NCBI GenBank assembly: GCA_039819325.1
Contig: JBCBSF010000005.1
Location: 10,317 to 74,316 of the forward strand
Direction of reading: 5' to 3'
Origin: Pseudomonadota bacterium
Lineage (GTDB): Bacteria > Pseudomonadota > Alphaproteobacteria > Kiloniellales > JACOMY01
Length of the DNA stretch: 64,000 nt
Below, piece after piece: positions 1 through 9,165 of the stretch. A model generated the notes under the pieces. That model worked only from the letters and a program-made list of their open reading frames with translations. It was not told where the DNA came from and searched no databases. The position numbers and the translations under genes were made by a program. Positions within the stretch are counted from its first letter, which is position 1; every line of letters begins with the position of its first letter.

Positions 1-53
1 ATAAGGCTCTTCTCTTGCGTCTTTAGTACAAGCCGGCGCGCGGCGAAAGTGCC

Positions 54-1232
54 TCACCTGGAGCGGGGCGGAACGACACGGCAATAGTGGCCGTTACTTT
101 GTAACGTCCGGCAGGCGCGCTGTGCCTCACTGCGCTTCAGGTTCACGAAGCGTGCCTGGAAACGCGCGGCCCCCACCGCTTTGGCCCGGAAGATCCGCTG
201 CTGGGAGAAGCCAAGGGCCGAGGTCAGCCGGCGCAGCGAGCGCATCTTGCGGCTGGCCAGACCATAGGTGCGGAAATTGCCGACATGGATCGCCCAGGGT
301 CCGCGGGCCTGCCGCAGCGCTGCACCGTAGATGCAATCGGCAGGCGTCAGCACCGTCGGCGGCCCCTCATTCTCCAGATCGGGGGGCGCCACAGGGCCCG
401 TCATCAGCGGCAGACCGCTCTGTGGCCGGCGCAGGCTCGCCAGGTCTTCCGGCTCGCGCTGCAAGGTACGGAAGGCGCGCTCCATCAGGGCATGCGCCTG
501 GTCGCGGCGCTGATCGGGGGAGCGCGCACCAAGAATCACGCCGATCACCCGCTGCCCGTCCCGCTCTGCCGAGACCACCAGGTTGTAGCCCGACTTGCAG
601 GTGAAGCCGGTCTTCAGGCCGTCGGCACCGGCCAGGCTGTTCAAGATGCCATTGATGTTGGCGAGCCAAGACTGGCCGTGCGAGAGGCCACCCTTGGAGA
701 AGAGGTCATAGCGCTGCGGCAGATCCACCAGGAGCGCCCTGGCCAGAATGGCCATATCGCGCGCCGTGGTCACCTGCCGGTCGTCGGGCAGGCCATTGGC
801 GTTGACGAAGACACTGCGCGTCATGCCCAGCCGCCGCGCGGTCTCTGTCATGCGCAGCGCAAAGCGCTCATGGCTGCCGTCAATTGCCTCGGCCAAGACC
901 ACCGCGGCGTCGTTGGCCGAGCGCAGCAGCATGGCCTCGATGGCCTTGCCGACGGTGATGCTGTCGCCTTGGCTCAGGCCCAGCGCGACCTCCGGCTGCT
1001 GTCCGGCGGTCTTGGAGACCTTGAGCTCCTGGCCCCACTCCAGATGCCCCAGCGCCAGCGCCTCGAAGGCCAGGTAGGCGGTCATCAGCTTGGTCAGCGA
1101 CGCCGGATGCCAGAGGCGGTCCGCGTCGTCGGCCTCCAGGATCACATCCTCGTCGAAGGCCACGGCCAGCTTAGCCGCCTGCGCCGGCGCCGCCACCAGG
1201 GCCAGCAGCAGCAGTGCAAGGAGAAGGCGCAT
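54..1232 (-). CDS. D-alanyl-D-alanine carboxypeptidase (PBP5/6, S11 class) with C-terminal SPOR-like domain
   Basis: 392-aa ORF with a signal peptide (LLLALVAAPAQA). Ordered penicillin-binding motifs SLTK (SxxK), SAN (SxN), KTG. The C-terminal ~75 aa looks like a SPOR peptidoglycan-binding repeat. Confidence 0.85.
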   Translation of the reverse strand: MRLLLALLLLALVAAPAQAAKLAVAFDEDVILEADDADRLWHPASLTKLMTAYLAFEALALGHLEWGQELKVSKTAGQQPEVALGLSQGDSITVGKAIEAMLLRSANDAAVVLAEAIDGSHERFALRMTETARRLGMTRSVFVNANGLPDDRQVTTARDMAILARALLVDLPQRYDLFSKGGLSHGQSWLANINGILNSLAGADGLKTGFTCKSGYNLVVSAERDGQRVIGVILGARSPDQRRDQAHALMERAFRTLQREPEDLASLRRPQSGLPLMTGPVAPPDLENEGPPTVLTPADCIYGAALRQARGPWAIHVGNFRTYGLASRKMRSLRRLTSALGFSQQRIFRAKAVGAARFQARFVNLKRSEAQRACRTLQSNGHYCRVVPPRSR

Positions 1233-1240
1233 GGGCAGGC

Positions 1241-2269
1241 CTAAACGCCGGGCGCCGCCGGGCGTGCCGTGGCGCCCGCTGCCCGCCGCGGCCCCATACG
1301 GGTGCGCTGCGGCGTCTGATTGAAGCGCTCGCGATAGCGTTTGGCGAAGTGCGAGGCCGAGACGAAGCCGCAGGCCAAGCCGACCTCCGTTACCGAGAGG
1401 CTGGAGTGGTTCAGCAGGTGATAAGCCCGTTGCAGCCTGAGCTCGACATAGTGCGCACGCGGCGTCGCTTGCAGGTACTTCTGGCAGAGCCGCTCCAGCT
1501 GGCGCACCGAGAGGCCGGCCCGATCGGCCAGTTCAACTGTGGTCAGCGGCTCTTCCAGATTGGCCTCCATGTGACGAACGGCTTCCAGAAGCTTGGGATG
1601 CCCCACGCCGACCCGCTGGCGAAGCGCCATGCGCTGCTCGTCCTCCAGGCCACGGATGCGGTCGTGCAGGAACTGTTCAGCCACCGCTAGAGCAAGGTCG
1701 TGCCCATGATCCTGCTCGATCAGATGCAGCATCATATCCAGCGAGGCCGTGCCGCCAGCGCAGGTGAAGCGCTGTCGGTCGAAGACGAAGAGCTCGTCAT
1801 GCAGGTCCAGCTCCGGGTGCATCTCCTGCAAGGCGGTCTGGCAGTGCCAGTGGATCGTACAGGCATAGCCCTCCAAGAGGCCTGCGGCGGCTAGTACGTG
1901 GGTCCCATCGGAGATGGCACCCACCTTGGCACCGCGGCGCGCCTGGGCCCGCAGCCAGCCGAAGAGGGCCTTGTCGTCCACCCGGTGTGCATCCAAGCCA
2001 CCGCAGACGACGATGGCATCGAAGCTGGGCAGATCGGCCAGGCTATCCTGGGCCGTTACCGCGATGCCGTTGGAGGAGGCGAGGGGCTGGCCATCGCTGG
2101 TCACCGCGCGCCAATCGTAGAGCGACTTGCCGCTGATCAGGTTGGCCACACGCAAGGGCTCGACAGCAGCGGTGAAGGCCAGCATGGCAAAGCGCGGCAG
2201 CAGCAGGAAGCCGAAGCGCTGTGTGACGCCTCCACCCGCTTGTTCGCCGCCGTTTGCCGCTTGCGCCAT
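1241..2269 (-). CDS. GlxA/AraC-family transcriptional regulator (DJ-1/PfpI-like domain + AraC HTH)
   Basis: N-terminal FGFLLLPRFAMLAF...VVCGG type-1 glutamine-amidotransferase-like fold and C-terminal AraC HTH (GFVSASHFAKRYRERF). Start moved to the internal ATG (MAQAAN) at 2269 so that it does not overlap ribF. Confidence 0.8.
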   Translation of the reverse strand: MAQAANGGEQAGGGVTQRFGFLLLPRFAMLAFTAAVEPLRVANLISGKSLYDWRAVTSDGQPLASSNGIAVTAQDSLADLPSFDAIVVCGGLDAHRVDDKALFGWLRAQARRGAKVGAISDGTHVLAAAGLLEGYACTIHWHCQTALQEMHPELDLHDELFVFDRQRFTCAGGTASLDMMLHLIEQDHGHDLALAVAEQFLHDRIRGLEDEQRMALRQRVGVGHPKLLEAVRHMEANLEEPLTTVELADRAGLSVRQLERLCQKYLQATPRAHYVELRLQRAYHLLNHSSLSVTEVGLACGFVSASHFAKRYRERFNQTPQRTRMGPRRAAGATARPAAPGV

Positions 2270-2279
2270 AGCCTCGCCT

Positions 2280-3221
2280 CTAGACGTCCGCCTGCAAGAT
2301 ACCACGCGCCTGGGCCGCATCCACCTGCATCTGCGCCATCAACGCTGGTAGACCGTCGAAAGTCATCTCCGCGCGCAGACGCTCGACCAGGGCCACCCGC
2401 AGCCGCTTGCCATAGAGGTCGCCACTGAAATCCAGCAGGTGAACCTCCAACAAGGGCCGATCGTAGGCGAACATGGGGCTGATGCCCAGATTGGCGACGG
2501 CAGGCCGCCACTCAGCCCGGCCGCCCTCGTCGAGGGCAGCCCGCACGGCATAGACGCCGTAGGCCGGCCGCAGGCTGTCGCTCAAGTCGATATTGGCGGT
2601 GGGCATGTTAAGGTCCCGCCCACGTTTAGCCCCATGCAGGACCCGTCCAGTGATCTCCCAAGTCCGGCCCAGCCGGGCGGCGGCAGCGGCCATATCGCCG
2701 TCGCGCAGCAGACTGCGGATGACGGTGGAAGAGAGCTTCGCGCCCTCGGCCGCGACCCGCGGCAGTATGGTGACGGCAAAGCCCGAGGCCGCGCCCCTTT
2801 CGGCCAGCAGGGCAGGAGAGCCGCCGCGCTTTGCCCCGAAGTAGAAGTTGTCGCCGACCACGACCTCAGCAGCGCCCAGGCCACGCAGCAGCACGGCGTC
2901 GATGAAATCCTCTGCTGTCAACCGATAGAGCGAAGGCACGAAGGGCAGCACATAGAGCAGATCGAGCCCCATCTCGCCAAGCAGACGCACCTTGGTCCTG
3001 AGCGGCGTGAGCCGGAAGGGCATTTCAGGGGTGCCCAGTACCTGGCGGGGATGCGGTTCGAAGGTCAGCAAACCGAAGGGCCGGCCCTGCTGTCGTGCCT
3101 TCTCGCGCGTCAGTTCCAAGACCGCGCGATGGCCCAGGTGCAGTCCGTCGAAGTTGCCGATGGCCAGCACGGCACCACGCGCCGAGGGGGGAAGAGAAGC
3201 ATAGTGCCGGTAAAGCCGCAT
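2280..3221 (-). CDS. ribF: bifunctional riboflavin kinase / FMN adenylyltransferase
   Basis: 313 aa. N-terminal GNFDGLHLGHRAVL nucleotidyltransferase motif and C-terminal riboflavin-kinase region (PTANI...GVYAV...LLEVHLLDF). Confidence 0.9.
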   Translation of the reverse strand: MRLYRHYASLPPSARGAVLAIGNFDGLHLGHRAVLELTREKARQQGRPFGLLTFEPHPRQVLGTPEMPFRLTPLRTKVRLLGEMGLDLLYVLPFVPSLYRLTAEDFIDAVLLRGLGAAEVVVGDNFYFGAKRGGSPALLAERGAASGFAVTILPRVAAEGAKLSSTVIRSLLRDGDMAAAAARLGRTWEITGRVLHGAKRGRDLNMPTANIDLSDSLRPAYGVYAVRAALDEGGRAEWRPAVANLGISPMFAYDRPLLEVHLLDFSGDLYGKRLRVALVERLRAEMTFDGLPALMAQMQVDAAQARGILQADV

Positions 3222-3370
3222 GGCCGGGAAGATGACCGCTGGCTAGCGCGCCGTCCAGCCCCCTGGCTACGACCAATGACATACCAATTCTGACCAAAAG
3301 CACCTAGCTTTCTAAAATTGGTTGGTTTAGGGTTCCTGAACAACGGCACAACAAGGCGGGAGGAACAGCA

Positions 3371-5758
3371 GTGGAGACCAGTCTCGCGGAGGGCGGCTTC
3401 CTGCCTGGTCTGACCCGTCCGATCTCTTCGGCCTGGCCGCAGCCGGGGTTGGCCCTCAGGTCTGGCACTGAAGAGCGCTACCGCATCCCAGCGGCTGGCA
3501 GCTTGCTGATCGCACTTTCTGCCGGCGACAGCCTGACTCTGATCTCACCCGAAGGGCGCCAAGCCGGCAGAGTCATGGCCTTCACCCTCGACGGCCGCCC
3601 AGCACTTGGCCAGCTCGACGCCTTCGCCGGACAGCAGCCGGCGGGGAGCGCCATGGCCCTTGCCGCGCTTGACGATGGAAGCGAGGAAGCGGCCCGGCTG
3701 GTGAAAGGTCTTGAACGCCACGGCATCGCCTGGCGCGACGCGCCCTCAGCGGCGATCTTCAGTGACGGCGGTGCGCCTGGAGAGCGGCTGCGCACAACAG
3801 CCAGCGAAGCACTCTTGGTGCTGCTGTCGGCTCCTGGCACTGCCATGACCCCTGACCAGCAATCGCCGCCCAGCGATCTGGAAGCGCGGGTCCGCCGGCT
3901 CAATCCTTTGTCACCACAGGATCTACCCTTGCCCGAACCGCTGGCCGATCCGCGCGATGAGTTACGGATCACTGCCCGGACGGCCAGAGCCTATGAGGTC
4001 AAGGCCGGCGACTACATCCAGATCATCGACGTGGCAGGCCGGGAGTGCAGTGACTTCGGATGCTTCGTCACTGAGGAGCTAGAGCGCGGACGCGAAGTGA
4101 CGCCCGACATGATCACCACGCGCTCGCTGATGGCTCAGATGTATCCCATGCCTGGCCTCTTCGATAAGTACTATGACCACAATGCCCAAGCCCTATTGGA
4201 GGTGATCCAGGACACCGTGGGCCGGCACGATACCTTTGGCGTGGCCTGCACCGCCAAGTACTACGATGACGTCGGTTTCCCTGGACATCCAAACTGCTCA
4301 GAGAACTTCAATGGCGCGCTGGCGCCCTTTGGCGTTGCCGCCAGGCGGGCCTGGGCGACAATAAACTTCTTCTACAACACGGCCTTCGACGCCCATCACC
4401 TCTACACCTTGGATGAGCCTTGGAGCCGCCCTGGCGACTATGTGCTGCTGCGCGCCACGAAGGACTTGGTCTGCTGCTCCTCTGCCTGCCCGGACGATAT
4501 TTCTCCAGCCAACGGCTGGACTCCCAGTGATATTCATGTGCGTGTTTACAGCCCAGAACAGGTCTTCAAGAAATCGGTGGCTTATCGCATGACGCCCGAC
4601 GCCAGCCCACGCCCAACCCGGGAAACCGGCTTTCACCCCCGCACCTCTGCGCTGACCCGCCATATGGCGGAGTACCGCGGTTTCTGGCTGCCGACGCACT
4701 ACCACAACGAGGGGGCGGAGGCCGAGTACTGGGCTTGCCGCGAAGCCGCAGTCGCGCTGGACCTTTCTGCCCTGCGCAAGTTCGAGGTGCTGGGGCCAGA
4801 CGCCGAGACTCTGCTGCAGACCGCACTGACCCGCAACGTGCGCAAGCTGGCCGAGGGCCAGGTGGTCTATTCCGCGGTCTGCTACGAGCATGGCGGGATG
4901 ATGGACGATGGGACCCTCTTCCGGCTGGGGCCCGATGCCTTCCGTTGGATCTGCGGCGACGACTACTGCGGTATCTGGCTGCGCCAACTGGCGGAGAAGC
5001 TGGGCCTCAAGGTCTGGGTCAAGACGGCGACCGACCAGCTGCACAACATCTCGCTGCAAGGCCCGCGGAGCCGCGAGATCCTCTCCCAGGTCGTCTGGAC
5101 ACCCGAAGCGCGGCCGTCGGTAAGCGAAATCGGCTGGTTCCGCTTCACCGTGGGCCGGATCGGCGATCATAACGGCGTGCCGCTGGTGGTGAGCCGTACT
5201 GGCTACACTGGCGAGCTTGGCTATGAAATCTGGTGCCATCCGCGCGACGCGGTCACAGTCTGGGACGCGGTAATGGAGGCTGGCGGCCCCTTCGGCATCA
5301 AGCCGCTGGGCCTCGACGCGCTGGATATGCTGCGCATCGAGTCCGGCCTGATCTTCTATGGCTACGACTTCGACGAGACGGTCGATCCCTTCGAGGCCGG
5401 GGTCGGCTTCACCGTGCCCTTGAAATCCAAAGAGGACGACTTCGTTGGCCGCGCGGCGCTGGAGCGGCGTAAAGCCAACCCACAACGCCGCCTGGTCGGC
5501 CTGGAGCTGGACAGCAACGAGGCTGCCCAGCACGGCGACTGCGTCCACATTGGCCGCCCGCAGATCGGCCTGGTCACCAGCGGCACGCGTTCCCCCATCC
5601 TGCGTAAGTCCGTCGCCCTGGCGCGCTTGGACCTGGCGCATGCAGAGATCGGAACCGAGGTCGAAATCGGCCGCCTGGACGGGCATCAAAAGCGCATTCC
5701 AGCCAAGGTCGTGCGCTTCCCCTTCTACGATCCGGAGAAGACCAAGCCGCGCTCTTGA
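3371..5758 (+). CDS. DUF1989 (urea-carboxylase-associated family) domain fused to a GcvT-type aminomethyltransferase domain
   Basis: 795-aa ORF with a GTG start as in the track; the start is uncertain. The middle region has DUF1989-type motifs (AGDYIQIIDVAGRECSDF, HPNCSENF, CPDD). The C-terminal ~370 aa is a full folate-dependent aminomethyltransferase fold (FEVLGPDAETLL, VSRTGYTGELGYEIW, LRIESGL). Confidence 0.75.
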   Translation: METSLAEGGFLPGLTRPISSAWPQPGLALRSGTEERYRIPAAGSLLIALSAGDSLTLISPEGRQAGRVMAFTLDGRPALGQLDAFAGQQPAGSAMALAALDDGSEEAARLVKGLERHGIAWRDAPSAAIFSDGGAPGERLRTTASEALLVLLSAPGTAMTPDQQSPPSDLEARVRRLNPLSPQDLPLPEPLADPRDELRITARTARAYEVKAGDYIQIIDVAGRECSDFGCFVTEELERGREVTPDMITTRSLMAQMYPMPGLFDKYYDHNAQALLEVIQDTVGRHDTFGVACTAKYYDDVGFPGHPNCSENFNGALAPFGVAARRAWATINFFYNTAFDAHHLYTLDEPWSRPGDYVLLRATKDLVCCSSACPDDISPANGWTPSDIHVRVYSPEQVFKKSVAYRMTPDASPRPTRETGFHPRTSALTRHMAEYRGFWLPTHYHNEGAEAEYWACREAAVALDLSALRKFEVLGPDAETLLQTALTRNVRKLAEGQVVYSAVCYEHGGMMDDGTLFRLGPDAFRWICGDDYCGIWLRQLAEKLGLKVWVKTATDQLHNISLQGPRSREILSQVVWTPEARPSVSEIGWFRFTVGRIGDHNGVPLVVSRTGYTGELGYEIWCHPRDAVTVWDAVMEAGGPFGIKPLGLDALDMLRIESGLIFYGYDFDETVDPFEAGVGFTVPLKSKEDDFVGRAALERRKANPQRRLVGLELDSNEAAQHGDCVHIGRPQIGLVTSGTRSPILRKSVALARLDLAHAEIGTEVEIGRLDGHQKRIPAKVVRFPFYDPEKTKPRS

Positions 5759-5847
5759 GGAGAGCAGCGCTAGGCACCTTCACATCTGCGGCACCAGCGT
5801 GGTGACCCCCTAGTGAAATCTGGCGGGTGGCGTGCTAGCTCACCTGC

Positions 5848-6915
5848 ATGAGCACACACCAAAAGCCTGGGCGCCTGCGCCGCCGCCTGAGTTGGATCTT
5901 TGGCAGCCTGGTCGCGCTGATCTTGGTGGCCGTAAGCGCCACCTGGTGGGTGGCCCGCGATCAGATCGAGACGGCGCTGCAGCGCACGCAAGCCGACCTG
6001 GCAGCCGATGGCGTGACCTTGGACTACAGCGCGCTTGGCTTCTCCGGCTTTCCTTTGCAGATGGAGGCCAAGCTGGAGCGGCCCACGCTCACCTGGCCAG
6101 ACGGCAGCTGGCAGGGGCCGCCCGCCGTCAGCGGTGCGGCCTGGCTCACGGACCCGCTTTCTCTCGCTTTCTCGGCACCCGGCGACGGGCGTCTGCGGAT
6201 TGGGCCACAGGACCTGACCATCGATAGCGGTCAGGCCGATGCGCAGGTCCGCATTGGCGATCAGGGGCTGGACACAGTGGCGGTCCTGCTTGGTAACGCC
6301 AGAATCGCACTGCCGCAGGGCGACGAAGTCCTGGGTCTCGGCACGGCCGAGGCTGCGGTCGCACCCGTCAGGCCGCTCAGGAGTGCTACAGAAAGCTCAT
6401 CCTTCACGCTCCTGCTCCGCGATCTCCGCTTGCCGGCTGCGGCTGCGAGCGGGCTGGGCGCCGACCTGCAGTCTTTGGACCTGGCGGGCCGGATCAGCGG
6501 CCCCCTCTTCCCCGGTGCGGGTCCGGTGATGGCGCGGATCTGGCAAGAGGGCGGCGGCAGCCTGGCCTTGGAACGCTTGGACATCGTCTGGGGCGCCTTG
6601 CGAATGGAAGCCAGCGGCCTCTTGGGCCTCGATCAAGCACTGAGGCCCCAAGGCAGCTTGAACCTGGAGGTCGCCGACCCAGACGCTTTGCTGAAGGCCC
6701 TCGAGCGCTCCGGCCAGCTGCAGCCCGGCCTGGCGGAGCGCTACAGTGGCTTGCTAGCGGGCTTGGCACGCCCCCGCGACGGCCTCTCTGGACGCTGGGT
6801 GGCGATCCCCTTAGAGCTGCGCGACGGGCGGGCCTTTCTCGACCTCCCCATCCCCTTCGTGCCGGACATCGAGCTGGCCCGCCTGCCGCCGCTCTTCCCC
6901 AGTCAGAGCTTCTAG
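5848..6915 (+). CDS. DUF2125-like membrane-anchored protein
   Basis: 355 aa with an N-terminal TM helix followed by the pattern typical of alphaproteobacterial DUF2125 proteins (DGVTLDYSALGFSGFPLQMEAKLERPTLTWPDG). Family call is from memory of the pattern only. Confidence 0.55.
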   Translation: MSTHQKPGRLRRRLSWIFGSLVALILVAVSATWWVARDQIETALQRTQADLAADGVTLDYSALGFSGFPLQMEAKLERPTLTWPDGSWQGPPAVSGAAWLTDPLSLAFSAPGDGRLRIGPQDLTIDSGQADAQVRIGDQGLDTVAVLLGNARIALPQGDEVLGLGTAEAAVAPVRPLRSATESSSFTLLLRDLRLPAAAASGLGADLQSLDLAGRISGPLFPGAGPVMARIWQEGGGSLALERLDIVWGALRMEASGLLGLDQALRPQGSLNLEVADPDALLKALERSGQLQPGLAERYSGLLAGLARPRDGLSGRWVAIPLELRDGRAFLDLPIPFVPDIELARLPPLFPSQSF

Positions 6916-6956
6916 AGCATGATGGGTTTGGTTTGAATGCCCAACCACCCGCGTAC

Positions 6957-7073
6957 CCCTCGTCTTGAGCAGCGGGCGTAAGCCCGCACCTGTCGAAAGG
7001 CGGGCCCCAGGCTCGGTGCTAACGGCCCGCCTTTCGACAGACGCTTGCTAACGCTCGCTGCTCAAGACGAGGG
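6957..7073. repeat. 117-bp nested imperfect palindrome (REP/MITE-like or strong terminator)
   Basis: Outer arms CCCTCGTCTTGAGCAGCG (6957-6974) / CGCTGCTCAAGACGAGGG (7056-7073) are 18/18 complementary. Inner arms CTGTCGAAAGGCGGGCC (6990-7006) / GGCCCGCCTTTCGACAG (7024-7040) are 17/17. The central loop is 17 nt. Confidence 0.8.
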
Positions 7074-7123
7074 AGGGCTCTTGGACACACTGTTTCTATC
7101 TGAACTCACTATGCTCTAGGGTT

Positions 7124-7885
7124 GTGTCACCTTTCCGCTGCTACATCCTCTGCACCAGTCCCCGCAGCGGTAGCACCTTGCTATGCAAGCTGCTCACGGC
7201 GACGGGCAAGGCTGGCCGGCCGGATTCGCACTTCCACGAGCCCTCGCTCGCCGCGTGGTTGGGATACTACGACCTAGAGCGCGCGGACTTCTCGAGCGAG
7301 CGAGAGGCTCTAGCAGCCGCCGTCGAGGCTGCGCGACAAACGGGAACAGGCGATACCGGCATCTTCGGCCTACGTCTGCAACGGCACAGCTTCGACTTCT
7401 TCATGCAGCAGCTGGGCCGGCTCTATCCCGGACTGAAGAGCGACTCTGCGCGTATCGAAGCGGCCTTCGGTCCGACGCGCTTCCTCCACCTCACGCGGCT
7501 CGGCAAGCTCGATCAGGCCGTATCTTACGTCAAGGCGGAGCAGACAGGCCTCTGGCATCGCGCAGCGGATGGGAGCGAGTTGGAGCGGCTCTCCGAACCG
7601 CAAGACCCGAGCTACGATGCGGACGCCATCGCCAAGCGGCTGGCGGAGGCCGAAGCACTGGATGCGGCGTGGCGGACCTGGTTCGCCGTAGAAGGCATTA
7701 CGCCCCTGCAGCTGACCTACGAGGCCTTGGCCGAGAACCCACACGCCACGCTGGCGACCATCATGGACGCGCTGGAGGTGGAGTGGCAGCCCTCACGGCC
7801 AGTCGACCCGCCGGTGGCCAAGTTGGCAGACGCGGTCAGCCGGGACTGGGCCAGCCGCTTCCTTGCTGAGCGGAAAGGCCCTTAA
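7124..7885 (+). CDS. Stf0-family sulfotransferase
   Basis: 253 aa with a GTG start. N-terminal CYILCTSPRSGSTLLCKLL matches the PAPS 5-prime-phosphosulfate binding loop of Stf0-type sulfotransferases, and the length is typical. Confidence 0.7.
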   Translation: MSPFRCYILCTSPRSGSTLLCKLLTATGKAGRPDSHFHEPSLAAWLGYYDLERADFSSEREALAAAVEAARQTGTGDTGIFGLRLQRHSFDFFMQQLGRLYPGLKSDSARIEAAFGPTRFLHLTRLGKLDQAVSYVKAEQTGLWHRAADGSELERLSEPQDPSYDADAIAKRLAEAEALDAAWRTWFAVEGITPLQLTYEALAENPHATLATIMDALEVEWQPSRPVDPPVAKLADAVSRDWASRFLAERKGP

Positions 7886-9054
7886 GCCGCCTCACTCCGC
7901 GCCCAATTGATCAGGCGGCGCAGGAAGGCTTCACCAGCCTGGATCTCGCTAAGCGCGACGAACTCGTCCGGCTTGTGAGCCTGCTCGATGGAGCCGGGGC
8001 CGCAGATGACCGTCGGCAGACCGCTGGCCTGGAAATGCCCGGCCTCAGTCCCGAAGGAGACCACCTTGGTAGTGTTGAGGCCGCTCAATTGGCGCACCAG
8101 TTCCTCTGCCGCATTGTCGGGATCTGGAACCAGAGCCGGCACTTCAATGCCTTCAGTGATGGTGATCGAGGCCTCGGGCGCATGGCGCTGGAGCCAGGGT
8201 TCGACCTCCTCGCGGGCATAGCGTTCGAAACGCTCTTGGATCGCCTTGCCGTCATCGCCCGGGTGCAGGCGATACTCCCAGGTGAAGCTGGCCGTCAGCG
8301 GCACGATGTTCTGCGCAGTCCCGCCCTCAATGGTGCCGACGTGGATCGTCGTCCAGGGTGGCGTGAACTCGCTGTCTGGCATGGGGTTGGCTTCTTTCTC
8401 CTTCACCATCTCCACCAGCTTAGCGACCAGCAGGCCGGCGGCGTGGACGGCGTTGGCACCCAGCTGCGGCATGGAGGAGTGAGCTTCGCGCCCCCTGATC
8501 TCCACTCGGAAGGGGTTGATCGACTTGTGACCCACCACCAGCCCCATTTCCGTCGGCTCCCCGACCAGGCAGGCGCGCGGCTTGGGTACCACCTCGGCAA
8601 TGCGCTTCACCATGGGTAGGACACCGGTGCAGCCGACCTCTTCGTCATAAGAGATCGCAAAGTGGAAGGGGACGCGCAGCGGCTGGGCCAGCATCTCCGG
8701 CACTAGGGACAGCGCAATGGCCAGAAAGCCCTTCATGTCGCAGGTGCCGCGCCCGTAGAGGCGTCCGTCGCGTTCTTCCATGGCGAAGGGGTCGCTGCTC
8801 CAGGGCTGGCCATCGACGGGCACCACATCGGAATGGCCGGAGAGGATCACGCCGCCCGGCACATCTGGTCCGACGGAGGCCAATAGGTTCGCCTTATCGC
8901 CCTCGTCATTCTCTAGCCTGATATAGGGCACGCCGTAGGCCGCCAAGTAGTCCTCGACGAAGGCGATGAGGTGCAGGTTGGAATCGCGCGACGTGGTGTC
9001 GAAAGAGACGAGCTTCGCCAGCATCTCGCGGGCAGTGTAGGTCGGTCCGGCCAT
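7882..9054 (-). CDS. argE: acetylornithine deacetylase (M20 metallopeptidase family)
   Basis: LVSFDTTSRDSNL, SGHSDVVP, YGRGTCDMKGF and the EE(V)G metal-ligand motifs. Start placed at the internal ATG (MAGPTYTA) at 9054; the track ORF extends to 9126. Confidence 0.75.
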   Translation of the reverse strand: MAGPTYTAREMLAKLVSFDTTSRDSNLHLIAFVEDYLAAYGVPYIRLENDEGDKANLLASVGPDVPGGVILSGHSDVVPVDGQPWSSDPFAMEERDGRLYGRGTCDMKGFLAIALSLVPEMLAQPLRVPFHFAISYDEEVGCTGVLPMVKRIAEVVPKPRACLVGEPTEMGLVVGHKSINPFRVEIRGREAHSSMPQLGANAVHAAGLLVAKLVEMVKEKEANPMPDSEFTPPWTTIHVGTIEGGTAQNIVPLTASFTWEYRLHPGDDGKAIQERFERYAREEVEPWLQRHAPEASITITEGIEVPALVPDPDNAAEELVRQLSGLNTTKVVSFGTEAGHFQASGLPTVICGPGSIEQAHKPDEFVALSEIQAGEAFLRRLINWARSEAA

Positions 9055-9165
9055 CGGATATCCTTGTTCTGTTGCGGCGATGAGCAGGCTCTTCGCTGCG
9101 GCACCAGGCCGGTGCCGCTTGGTCACGCCAGTGACCAGGAGACAACAACCTTAGCGCAGCCAAGA

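Noticed and set aside
3222-3370. Possible glycine or THF riboswitch, or an Irr ICE box (TTCTAAA half-site), upstream of the GcvT-fusion gene
   Set aside because: The conserved riboswitch cores are not recognisable by eye. Only one ICE half-site is present, and its partner half does not match.
4298-5689. 463-aa minus-strand ORF antisense to the DUF1989-GcvT gene. Similar long antisense ORFs occur at 285-1244, 24293-25303, 30942-32372, 48862-49761, 58054-59007 and 59722-60528.
   Set aside because: These are typical high-GC shadow ORFs. They have extreme Arg/Gly/Ala/Pro/His composition and no recognisable motifs, and each is fully embedded opposite a gene with clear family signatures.
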